DNA of 63,784 bases from Paraspadella gotoi (taxonomy: Eukaryota; Animalia; Chaetognatha). A model generated the notes under the pieces. The model was given only the letters and a program-made list of their open reading frames with translations, was not told the origin of the DNA and made no database searches. Within the stretch, counting starts at the first letter, position 1, and every line of letters starts with the position of its first letter. Positions 25,300-36,274 of the stretch are shown here, one piece after another. The DNA is taken from positions 8,165,684 to 8,229,467 of the forward strand of contig CM119268.1 of NCBI GenBank assembly GCA_051294375.1, written 5' to 3'. The position numbers were made by a program, and so were the translations under genes.

Positions 25300-25694
25300 T
25301 ATATATATATGTTGATTGCTAAAGGCTCCTCTTCCTCCTCCAGCGATCCGCGACACCATCGACGCCAACATCCGGGAGACTCGACTCTCCGGCGGAAGTA
25401 GGGCGACGACGGCGACGACCGCGACGACGACGATCATGACGAAAGTGGGCAGATCTCTGCCCCGCTCCCCCTCCATCACGCCCTACAACAACAACGACGA
25501 GGTTGCATAGTATAGTATTGTATATAGTATACAGTATCTTATTGTTTTCTCTTCATTAGGATGGGCAGGGCGACGAAGATCTCGTCTTCACTTATTCCTT
25601 TCTTCGTCAAATCGCCGCAAATTCCTCGCGACTCAAAAACGACGACAAAATCAGAAATTTGCTCAAGTCTGAGTCACGATCCGCGATTTTGTGA
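17206..25694 (+). CDS. Uncharacterised ~1017-aa coiled-coil protein, 21 exons; weak resemblance to TSNAXIP1-like ciliary proteins
   Basis: Phase-consistent exons: 17206-17355, 18021-18212, 18553-18690, 18864-19019, 19078-19295, 20055-20194, 20540-20563, 20813-20905, 20976-21079, 21288-21479, 21934-22131, 22389-22583, 22806-22922, 23112-23317, 23511-23605, 23724-23848, 24275-24461, 24761-24883, 24966-25073, 25344-25501, 25560-25694 (3054 nt, open to TGA). It has E/K/Q-rich heptads, a CxxC..CPH motif and a helical C-terminal half. An additional upstream exon is possible, and the family call is tentative. Confidence 0.85.
17387..17960. repeat. Intronic minisatellite, ~46-47-bp unit, about 12 copies
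   Basis: Unit approximately GAGAATCGAGAAGATTGAAATGATCTGAGGCGAACTGAGGGGACTGA, filling most of intron 1. Confidence 0.93.
19530..20050. repeat. Pyrimidine-rich cryptic repeat (CTCCCTCTCTAACT variants) in intron 5
   Basis: About 520 bp almost entirely C/T, ending at the exon 6 acceptor. Confidence 0.9.
24177..24272 (+). repeat. 32-bp tandem repeat x3 abutting a splice acceptor
   Basis: ATTTGTCGTATCGTTCTAATGCCGTACCGTAC at 24177, 24209 and 24241, with the acceptor AG at 24273-24274. Confidence 0.9.
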
Positions 25695-25998
25695 ATTTTA
25701 CGTGCGGTTAAACGTGTATACCTTTTTGTACTGGATACCAAAATAATATTTGAAAAAATAAATGAAAATAAAAAATGAATATGAAAGATATTCAGACGAC
25801 TGTAGGTCTACTACCTATTAACTTTTTTTTGAAAAAGTTGTTTTTTTTTGTTTTCAAAGTTACCAAGAGTTGATAATAGTGAGCTTGCTCAAATCAACAT
25901 GATTATCAACATTGAAGAAAGAGCAGTAGAATAGCATTTGATTTTCAATGTTAAATCCTGACCATACCTGGCACGGTCTTACCCCATGGTCAATAGTA

Positions 25999-26513
25999 TT
26001 TTACTATCTAGGAAAAAAGTATATCACATTTTTAATAAAGGATATCTACTCGAAAACTTGTTTGATTTAAAAAAAATCAGAATGTTTCCAAATTTACATT
26101 CAATTTCCTTTCAGTAGCTTCCTTCCATTTTTTTGTAGGTCAAATCGTTTAGAAGTTAGAGGCAAAAAAATATTGTTACTTCAAATGAAAAATATCGAAA
26201 AAAATCATATTTAATTTTCTACAATTTTTGATATTTAGTTATTTGTTTTTATTTCGAATATTATTATAGCTCTCAGAAAAGGGAAAGATGCGCAACATCA
26301 ACATCGGGGCGAAAAAGAATTGCGTTAAAGATGTGGAAAAATATTTTACTGTCATACCTCAATTTGCTGTATGAGAGCATGCCAAGATGAATGCAGGCAG
26401 TAGAAAATACCGAAGAAGGGCATACCAAATATTAAGAATGTTTTACCCATATTTTATATACTTTTTATTGAATAAATGAATTATGTGATATACTTTTTTC
26501 CTAGATAGTAAAA
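25999..26513. mobile_element. MITE, 515 bp with 31-bp perfect TIRs
   Basis: TTTTACTATCTAGGAAAAAAGTATATCACAT at 25999-26029 and its exact reverse complement at 26483-26513, with an AT-rich non-coding interior. The target-site duplication is not clear. Confidence 0.75.
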
Positions 26514-26701
26514 CGTATATTCCCGTAACTAGTTGTTAAATTAGGTTAGCGATTCAAAGTCACAAATTCCAAATTCTAAATTAAAAAAATGTAGCTATAA
26601 AAACATTCGTGAATGAACACTTTATATTAAAGCAGGATACAATGAATCATCTCTCCAATACATAAAAAAACACATTATTGCCGAAGTTTTAACTATATTA
26701 T

Positions 26702-28878
26702 TTATTTTTTCCGAACGAAGAGATACCAGGAAACCATCGCCATCGCCGCCACAGAAACCACAGCCGCCGCCACCGCGCCGCAGTTTCCCAGCGTACACGC
26801 CCCTTCTCGCCCCACTGTCTTTACGCCAAGCACGTCGCGTTCTAGATAAGCCTCGGTGGCGTCACGCCAAAACTCTGCCCCTTTGTATTTGACGAAGTCT
26901 GGATGAATGTTGCGAACGACGCGGAGAAGCGTCTCGGCCTTTGATCGGGGGAAAGTTAGGAATTCCTATGTGGGGGGGAAGGGAAGAGTTGGGGGAGGAG
27001 ATAAAGAAAGATAAAAACTGATTTGCGGGAAAAACAAAAAGAGAAGTTCGATATCTTTCTTTCAATCGCCGAAACCTCACCTTGAGTCTAAATTGGTAAG
27101 TCCTGATCCCGAAGAGGATCGCGCGGCTCCGCGGCAACTTTCGCAGCGTCTGATACTCGGCGCGGAAGACGAGCGCTTCGCCCGTGGCGGCGCCTTCGTA
27201 GCGCTGCACCGTCGACTGACTGGCGTTGCGGTCCTCGTGACCCGTTGGCGTGTATAGGTCGAGCGGCCCGTCGAGGTCGTTGAAGACCGCCCAGTTGCCG
27301 CGGTAAACGGGGCCGTCGGGGCTCATCGCCTTGATCAGATTTGATTGATTGATTGATTGATTCCATCTACGATTGTTTAAATGATGCACAGAAAAAATAG
27401 ATGCTTACTGCTTAGATCACCGGAGTAAAAAGTATTCAGGAGGTACAGTGTTACACAAGTCGAGTGCTTGAATTTTTACTGATTGATTGATTGAATACTA
27501 ATTGATTTATTGATTGATTGATAAATTGTAATGTTGATTGTTTGATTTAATGATTTGATTGATTGAAATATATTCATGATGTCTCACTTTGAACAGATCC
27601 GCCACTTTCACCGCCAGGTGGTTGACGAATCCGTCCACCGGCTGGTGGATGCCCATCATGGGTTTGTTCCACTTTTCCCTCAACGACCACCGCATGGGAA
27701 AATAGAGCGCGGCTGCGGTGAGACAGTAGGCGCCTTCGCTCTCGTTCCACTCCATCACGCACCAATCTTCTTGGGTGAGACGAGCTGCGCGAAGGAGCGG
27801 GTCGATCTGATGGGCGGTCGTTGTCACAATCATTTTTATCATCACAATCGTCCTCATCGTCATTTTCATCACAATCATCGAGGTTGTTGTTGCAATTGCC
27901 GTCATCAAAGTTGTTCTCAGCGTTGATGGCCTCACAATCATTGTCATTGTGGATGTCTCAATCATCGTTATATATAAAATTCTCCTTGCAGTTCTTTCCA
28001 TTTATGCCTTGTTTTAGATTGCCACAGTCATTTTATCATAATCATTTTTGTATTATTCTCCCCTACTAACATTTCTCCACCCCTTTGTGAATTTCTTCCC
28101 TTTACCCAGTCTCTTTTCACCTCCCCACTTCCAAATTTACCCACTACCCCCCCCCCTAAAAAACCACTCACACCTGCCCCTCTTCGTCTCCGACGCTGAC
28201 GAACTCTTCCAACATCTTGTTGAAGACTCCGCCCGGTCGCGACTCGAACTTGTCTGGAAATCGTCGGGGCAGATAATCTACGAGGAGTTGGAGCGTCTCC
28301 AACTTGGCGTCGGCGGTGGAGGGAGCGTCGTTGGAGACGAAGAGGAGCGAAGGATCGAGGGTCGACTCGAGTCGCTCCTTCTCTCGCTGCTGCGAAGCGT
28401 AGGAGCGATCAATCTTGACCCAGTCCTTCAGGTCGAGCTGGAGTAGGTGGGGGAGGTAGAAAGAATGATGGATAGAGCCTCATCAAAATCCAGCATGACA
28501 GAGACATATAAATTTAAATTTACGTAGATTAACCATTGAAACGGTAAACGCCAGAGTTTTGCATTTCAAAACAAGAGAGCCAAAAATAAAAGAGTTTTCC
28601 CTTGATGTAAGTAAAAATAGTAAGGAAAAAGTCAAAAGTTTTTAAAATTGGGCCAAGTTAATCGAAGATATGGACTGGGATCGACATAACTTTCAGATTC
28701 AAATGCACATTCATTCCATAAAATTCTATAAAAAATATTTTTTTCGACACCTTACCTTTTGTGTCATCATCTTGACTCGACCAGGGATCTCCAGTTGGAA
28801 CGTGCCAAGGTAAGGCATCCCATCTTTGAAACTTTCCCACTCGAATCCAGATTCCACTTTTGAAACGTCGATCACCAT
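26702..28878 (-). CDS. DUF3445 / heme-dependent oxidative N-demethylase alpha-subunit-like protein, 372 aa, 5 exons, C-terminal hydrophobic anchor
   Basis: Exons 28878-28756, 28437-28174, 27806-27588, 27329-27081 and 26965-26702, all joined by phase-0 GT-AG introns. Family motifs: LDLKDWVKIDRSY, YLPRRFPDKF, DPLLRAARLTQEDWCVM, LYFPMRWSLREKWNKPMMGIHQPV, VYRGNW, FRAEYQTLRKLPRSRAILFGIRTY, KYK. Confidence 0.9.
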
Positions 28879-29366
28879 AGTTTATTATTTTCCGTTAGGT
28901 AATTTATCAAAAATTATCAATGAAATTTGTCATTATTGTAACTGAAGCTTAAAATAAATAACGAGATTTATTAAATTCGGCAATATAAAACCAAACTATA
29001 ATTTTGGGTGAGTGAATTTTGATTTTCAAGTTGATAAAGAATTACAGAGGTAGAAATCTTTTGAAAAACAGATAAAAATTGTTGTTTTTTTTAAACCGCA
29101 CATTGAGGAAATTTTCTTTCGGTAAAATTCAAAACTTTTTCACGCGAGAAAATCAAGATTTCAATTTTTGTTTTCTCTTTCAGTTTTGAGCGAATGAGAA
29201 ACATAAACTGTGATAATGAGTCAGTAAGAAACTCGTCCTCGATTCAACTTTGTCTTCGGTTATAATTAAGTCGAAATTCGGAATTAAAATTTACGACACA
29301 GTTAAAAAAAAAAGAAAATCCTTGAACGAGATTTAAAAACCAAATCATCTCCGAACCTCGGAGAAA

Positions 29367-29530
29367 AAAAGTTTATTAGTTTATTACGAATTACATAGTT
29401 GAAACCCGGCAGGCGATTCCAAAAAGTTTATTAGTTTATTACGAATTATATAGTTGAAACCCGGCAGGCGATTCCAAAAAGTTTATTAGTTTATTACGAA
29501 TTACATAGTTCAAACCCGGCAGGCGATTCC
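29367..29530. repeat. 55-bp tandem repeat x3 (noisier copy at ~36993-37155)
   Basis: Units of AAAAGTTTATTAGTTTATTACGAATTACATAGTTGAAACCCGGCAGGCGATTCC end at 29420, 29475 and 29530. Confidence 0.92.
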
Positions 29531-31260
29531 ATCGACCATGAACTTGGTCCTTACACACCTTCAACTCTGGGAACGCAAAAAATACTTTTTTTTTAACGGT
29601 CAACTTGGTGGCTAGAAATTCGAAATTTTGGAATTATCTTGGAAGTATCCTAATTATAATCTGATTTGATTGTTGAGTTCGTCACTGTTTTGTCATAAGA
29701 TTTTAGCAAAGGAGACATTTGTTTAGGATAACCATTGATAAAAAAAATAATATTTAAATTAAACATTAAACAGTAATAACGAAACCCGAGCCCTTTTAAA
29801 CAATTTGTTAGTGTCATTGTTCAACAATCAAAAAAGTCTCTCAGGGTATATTTTTTTATTACTTTCATTATCAAAAAGATAATCCGCCTTTTTGATATTG
29901 AACGTCTTTTGTCATTTGTTGGAATTTTCCCTGCCAGGAGAGACACGGACGATAAAAAATAGAAGAATCAGTTTAAACAAAAGACCTCGGGAAGAGTTCA
30001 TATTATGGCGACGTGACCTGACGAGACATGACCCACTTGACCTAAAACGTCCTCCATAATGTATTAAAATTGGAAGTGAGTGACTGTTAAGTCGGTTTCA
30101 TTGTTTTATAAATTTCTGGACGGAATATTTAAAAAAAAACATTGCGGTACATGTCCCAATTGTTCTTCTGTAAACAAATTACCAGAGACCATTGGCGAGA
30201 AGTCCTTTACAAAACAGAACTCCCGGTCCAAACCCCAGTTGGTGCCTCGTTGCTGCTCCCACTTCCTCGATCCATCTGTTTACACTTTCCAGCGTACCTT
30301 GATTCAGCCGTCTTCGTCGCTCACTGAAGCGACACCAAGCGAACAACGACGAGAACACAAATGATATACAACAACGTCGTCATGGAAATGGATATGGCTA
30401 CGAAGCTCTTCCACACGAGTTTGACTTGTGTTAAATCCTTTTTTTTTTTGCTATTCGTAGACACTAACAAAACAATCAATCGACCAAATGAGCAACCAAC
30501 TATCTAATCTACAAATCAAATAATCTTATAACCTTAATATCGAGTCTAAATTGAGATAAACTGACTGACAAATAAGTTAAACAACTGAGAAAACTAATCA
30601 AGGAAAATAACCAACCAACCAACTTCGCCCACTTATATGCAAAAAAAAAAAAAAAAATAACAAAAATTAAAAAAAATAAAGAGCGCCAAATCTGGGGGCT
30701 TAAACGGTTTTTAATTTGGGTGAGAGTTCGGTGTTGATAAGACATAGGGGCTTGACGATAACGAGTACGAGAAAGATGATGATGTGGGAAAAAAAGACGA
30801 CGACGACGACGACGAAGACGACGACAGTAATTACGAAGTATTGGGCGACGAAGAAGACGACGACGACAACGACGACCGTAACGACGTGAGATAAATCAGC
30901 GTGAGACTAGTAAGACCTCGACAACGAATTCTCCAAAGGCCTTGCGTCTCCTTGCGTCGCTTTGCACCTCCCAGCATCGGTTTGCATCTCCCCGCATCGC
31001 CCTGTATTCAATCTGCATCGCCCTTTATCGCCTTGAAGCGGGTTACATCGCTTTGCAACTCCCTGTGTGTCGTATTTGAATCGTTTTGAATCGCTTTCCA
31101 TCGCCAGTAGCCTTTCATCGATTTGCGTCGCATTGCATCGTATTCCGAAGCTTTAACACTAATATCCGCTTTCGTTGTCCTCTATGCTCGCCTTGAAGCG
31201 ACTTTCATTGCCTTCCATGTTTTTCGTCCCTTTGCTTTGCCTTATATTTTCTCACTCTAG

Positions 31261-31483
31261 ACCCAGCTGTAACCACTACACATTGAAGCCATAGTAAGGT
31301 GGACAGCAGAAAATTTCATACAACCTGGCTACCTAGCTGTAACCACTACACATTGAAGCCATAGTAAGGTGGACAGCAGAAGATTTCATACAACCTGGCT
31401 ACCTAGCTGTAACCACTACACATTGAAGCCGTAGTAAGGTGGACAGCAGAAAATTTCATACAGCCTCGCTACCCAGCTGTAAC
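31261..31483. repeat. 70-bp tandem repeat x3.2 (copy at ~38972-39190)
   Basis: CTGTAACC recurs at 31267, 31337, 31407 and 31477. Confidence 0.93.
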
Positions 31484-33720
31484 CTCTATATTGATATTGA
31501 TTATTGATTATTTTAGCTGATCGAATTTCACTCTTTACAATTTACATGAACATTCTTCATTAAATCTTTTATTTTTTTTCCTTATTTCTCCCCCCTTCTT
31601 TTTTTCCATTTTTTCTTTTCATGCCGACCTTGCCTATCCTCGCCCTCTCTCGTCTACCCTGGACATGCATTACCTTACCATGTCTTGCCTTGCCTAATTG
31701 CCTCTCATACTTTTTCATCCTCTCTCCACGCCGATTGGCTTTCATCGCTTTCAATACTTTTTCGCTTTACTTTTTTTTCTTTCTCATATTTCCTTCTTTC
31801 CTTTCTTTTCTGTTATTTTGTGGTTTTCTTCCTTTCTTTCTGTTTTTTTAACAACGTTTACATGTATGTACGTATCTGTTGGATCGTCATCAACGTTGTA
31901 CACACAAACAAACACCCTGTTTTTGGAATAATTGAAAATTAACGGGTGCTAACAAAATTTTTTCAAGCCAAAATATAATCAGAAGAATAAAAAATAATGT
32001 CCAAAAGAAACTAAAGAAAAAAGAAAAAAAAAGAAAAAAAAAGAAAAAAAGGAGAAAAAGGAAAACATGAAAGGTGGGAACGAAGAAATTCAGAAGAGGA
32101 ATTGAATCGGCAACGTGGAATAGAAAATCTCCATTGGACGCCCCTCCACACCCCAGTTCAGTGTTCACCCCATGAACATCCTGTGGATGTCTTCACTCCT
32201 CACTTATCTCACCACTAACCTCCTCTTTTTCTATTATGCCGATTGCAGAAACCGGGGGGGGGGGACGGGGTGGTAACAGTTGCAAAAAATTGAATTTTAC
32301 AGAATTTTCGCTTTTTTAAACATAAAAAAACAAAAAAACATATACCCCGTCGAAATTACGCGGTTTTCATTTCTCCAAACTCAACCCAGCCCTCCCTAGC
32401 CGTCCCCGTTTCGTCAGTTTTTCTACGGGTCTTACGAAAAAAAAAACAAACAAATATTTTCTTCTTTTTTTTCCTCCTAAGATCGAGAGCGCGCCTTACT
32501 TTTTCCCCCCGTACATTTTTTTTTTTTAATGTTTTGAAATCCTGGACCCGACACGAGTTAAGTTTTCAAAGCCATGAAAATTAACGAGGGATTTATTTTC
32601 CTTTACGCTCGCGAGGGAAAAGGAGAAAAACCCAGACGACGACCGACGGGGGCGGGAGGGGGGGGCGGGGAGGGGGGGGAAGGACGGCGTCAAAACCCGT
32701 GCGAGTTTTTTTTTTTTCTTTTTTTTTTTTTTCAAAAAAGTCTGAGAAGAAAAATGACGCCGGTTGAGTCTCGTCTGAAGGAGATGCCGGCACCCGGAGC
32801 GTCTGGTTTGAAGGAGATGCCAGCATCAATAGTAGAAAAACTAAACGTCATCGACCTCTGGCACTGAGCACCACAAGAGGCGCTGAGAGAGAATATGTCA
32901 ACTATTTCACAGAAAAAAAAACAAAGAAGCAACGAATGGCTCAGTTGTAGTTTAAAATATTTTCTGGCTTGCGGGCAAAACAATCTTAATTTCCAGTTCT
33001 CTATGACTAGAGCAGCAGAGGTACTTTACTCTTCATTCGTTTCCGAAAAAAAAAAGATAACAATATTAACGAAGGAAGTATAATACAGAAAATGGGATCA
33101 AAACTATCATCATGTCAAGAAATAGAACATTTAGATATTTCTTTTTTGTATGTTTTACAGGGAAAACACGGACGGGAGGACATGGTTTTATTGTACTAGT
33201 AACAAAACTACGCATATGTACAAAAACGTTTTTCCCCCAAAAAATGACACTACATAAAAGACGCCTTTAAACTACAATATGAATTTGAGAGGGGAGAGAT
33301 CACAAAAATGTTAGAACTCATGAGGTTTTCTTTTGTTTTTTTTTTGGTTTGTTTTTTTATATTTTTTTGGTAATTTAACGGACAACTCGTATATGGATAA
33401 AACTTCTGCACAAATCACGACAATGAGAGGTTTAGTTTCTTTTCAAATTTGAGGAAATAATTTCGAGCCGTGACGTATCGAGAAAAAATTTCCATTCAAT
33501 GATTGAAGCCTTTCCGAGTACGTTATTCCATAAGAAATTATGAAAGAATTGTTTTCATCAAAATGAGCGAGCAAGAAAGCAATCGATCGACGGACATAAC
33601 GTACTAAAGAGCGTAAAAAAGTTTTTGTTTGGTTGTATTAATTATAAATTATTACAAACAGTAGTAAAATTTTTTTTCGGCAGCCAACGGATCAGATATA
33701 TTTCCTACAATTTTTTTTCA

Positions 33721-33809
<89 letters not shown>

Positions 33810-35149
33810 TATTTAGCAATAACAAAATTCGACTGATGTACACGATAAAAAAGATTCTTCAGAATTTTTACTATAAGTTAAATTTTTTTTTTCTATAAAA
33901 ACACAAAAAAAGTTGAGTTATCTAAGACTGTGTGATCAGACGTACGTTACGAGCGATTAAAAAAAAATGGCGAATTCACTTTTGAAATTTTTAACTCTTT
34001 ACTTTCATGAAAAAAAAAACTTAAGACGATTCAAACAATAAAACAGAAACGAAACGTTGACAACGATTATGGTTAAGCGCAAAACAATCTGCTTTTTTTT
34101 TCGACATAAAAGATTTTATATCAAATAAAAATACCTATTACAACTTTTATATTATCATAAAAGAAAAAAGCATTGTATGATAACGATGCTATGAAACGGA
34201 ATTTTTTTTCACGAGAAGAAATAAAAAATGACAATTTTCGCTTTCAAACTTCTCTTCAATATTAAAAAAAAATACTTTTTCTATCATTCACGATGTTTAA
34301 ATCGTGAGTCTTAACCATACGCGGATTCCAAATTCGCACTCTACCGTCGAAACAATCATCTAAAAAACTCAGAAACATTCCGCACCTGAGACTTTCTGGT
34401 GAGCCCACAAAAAAAAATCTCACTTATTCCAAGACGTTTTCTTCGTCACTGCGAGTCAGTGAGAGTCTGTGACCAAAATCACTCTTTTTTTTTTTTTAGT
34501 CCGGAATCTTTGATTTTCGGCGATGGAATAAAAATATTTATCTAATGGAATCCGTAGATTCGGGAGACGCGACGAGGCGAAAGGAAAATGCGAACTTTTA
34601 AAAGAAAATAAATCCAGTCGGTGGTTCGACTGCATCTCTCTCTCTATCTCTTTCTCTCAGTCGAGAGAGAGAGAGAGAGTGCTTCGCGAAACCACCTCTT
34701 CATCTCCAGCACTCCTTCCCCCCATCGCTACCACCACAACCACCTTCCTTTTCCCCCTTTGTCCCCCCCCCCTCCAGGTGTCCACCCTCTCCCTTCAAAT
34801 GTGCTGCGCGAATCCGCCCATGAGATAACCGCCGATTGCGGCGCGTAGCTGAACGATCCTCTATTGAGATTGGCTCCGCCGTATCCCGCCCTCGGGTTGG
34901 GGTGTGGCTCCCGGGCGGGACGTAGCTCCCGATGTCACCCCACGCTCTTGCGGTAGGAGATTTGGTGCTGCTGCTGGCCGGGACGCCGCCGCCGCCGCGC
35001 CGACGCCGCCGGGGTAGCCGAGGGACGGCGGCGCCAGGGACGGCGGCATGGAAGAGTCGCGGCGAAGGGCGCTGCGAATGGGTAAAGGGATTGGCGGAGG
35101 GCGGGGGAAATCGCCGTTTGATTGATTGATTGATTGAAATTTAATCATT

Positions 35150-35415
35150 AAAATTCATCATTCATTCATTCTTACTTTCATTCATTCATTCATTCATTCA
35201 TTCATCATCATTCATTCATCATCATCATTCCATTCATTCATTCTTATATCATTCATTCAGTCATTCATTCATTCATTCATTCATTCATTCATAATTCATT
35301 CATTCATTCATTATTATTTATTTATTTATTTATTCATTGATTCATTGATTCATTCATTCATTCATTCATTCATTCATTCATTCATTCATTCATTCATTCA
35401 TTCATTCATTTATTC
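35150..35415. repeat. (TTCA)n microsatellite (copy at ~50360-50625)
   Basis: Tandem ATTC units directly visible. Confidence 0.95.
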
Positions 35416-36274
35416 ACTCACTCCTATTTATTTATGCCTTTGGTCGCAGGTGACTTCTAGGAGAAAAAAAAACTCCTCAACCTCATTAGATATAAATGAG
35501 ATACTTTAATTAAATTGTTATTCCATCTTATATCGTTAGGAACGTCATTCGTTATTAACAACAGACTAAGTACAGACTTTCCTGTGCAACGACCTTCGAG
35601 AACTGAAGCCGTCTCGACCTCACAAGTCACCAAGCATTAAATCGACTTTCGACATTCGACGAAATCTTCGTGGCACGGTGTCACGGTGTCACGGTGACAC
35701 GTTTTCGCTTCGTCGCCGACCATCAAAAGAAAAAAACGTGTCGATCGTGACAAGCGAGAGAGAGAGAATAACACAAGTACGTGATGATGAAGATGATGAT
35801 GATGATGATGAAGATAATGTGATGATAAAGACGCTCTTGATGATTGTGATTCTAGTATTATTCTTTATCACTTTATAACCACCACGAGAATCTTACGAAC
35901 GTTAGCTTTACAACGAAAGAATTATATAAAATTTATAAATATCAAGTATTTATAATACAGGGGAAGGAAAACGGCGTTAAAAACAAGGCCTCGCTTCGAC
36001 CTCGATAATGAAATAAGATTAGCATAGAAATTTCACTTCTCTTCTCTTTTTTTTTTCGTCTACTCTTCAGGTCATCTTCTCCTTGCATCGAAAAGAAGTT
36101 AGTACAGGCTGACTCGCTGAGTAGTACATTTAGTACATCGGACGTCAATCTTTACGTGATTCTAAGACGAAAGCTTTCGACTTTATGCATTTATAGGGAA
36201 AAAATATGAAATGAGAGTTGAGAGAAATGGCAGATATGTCAGGTATGGCAGACGGGGCCTCTCCAATTCCGCGA

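Larger units (their letters stand above)
28633..36272. repeat. ~7.6-kb segmental duplication, copy A (second copy split as 36275-41960 plus 49197-51495)
   Basis: Colinear near-identity, for example AAAATTGGGCCAAGTTAATCGAAG at ~28645 and ~36287. Differences are mostly 1-bp indels. Confidence 0.92.

Noticed and set aside
27807-28001. Thr/Met/Ile-rich N-terminus of ORF 27507..28001
   Set aside because: Low-complexity intron read in frame; the real exon starts at the CAG acceptor (27806).
36060-36270. Coding-like minus-strand sequence (also 51300-51650 and 41990-42130)
   Set aside because: The frames disagree among the noisy copies, so no product can be assigned.
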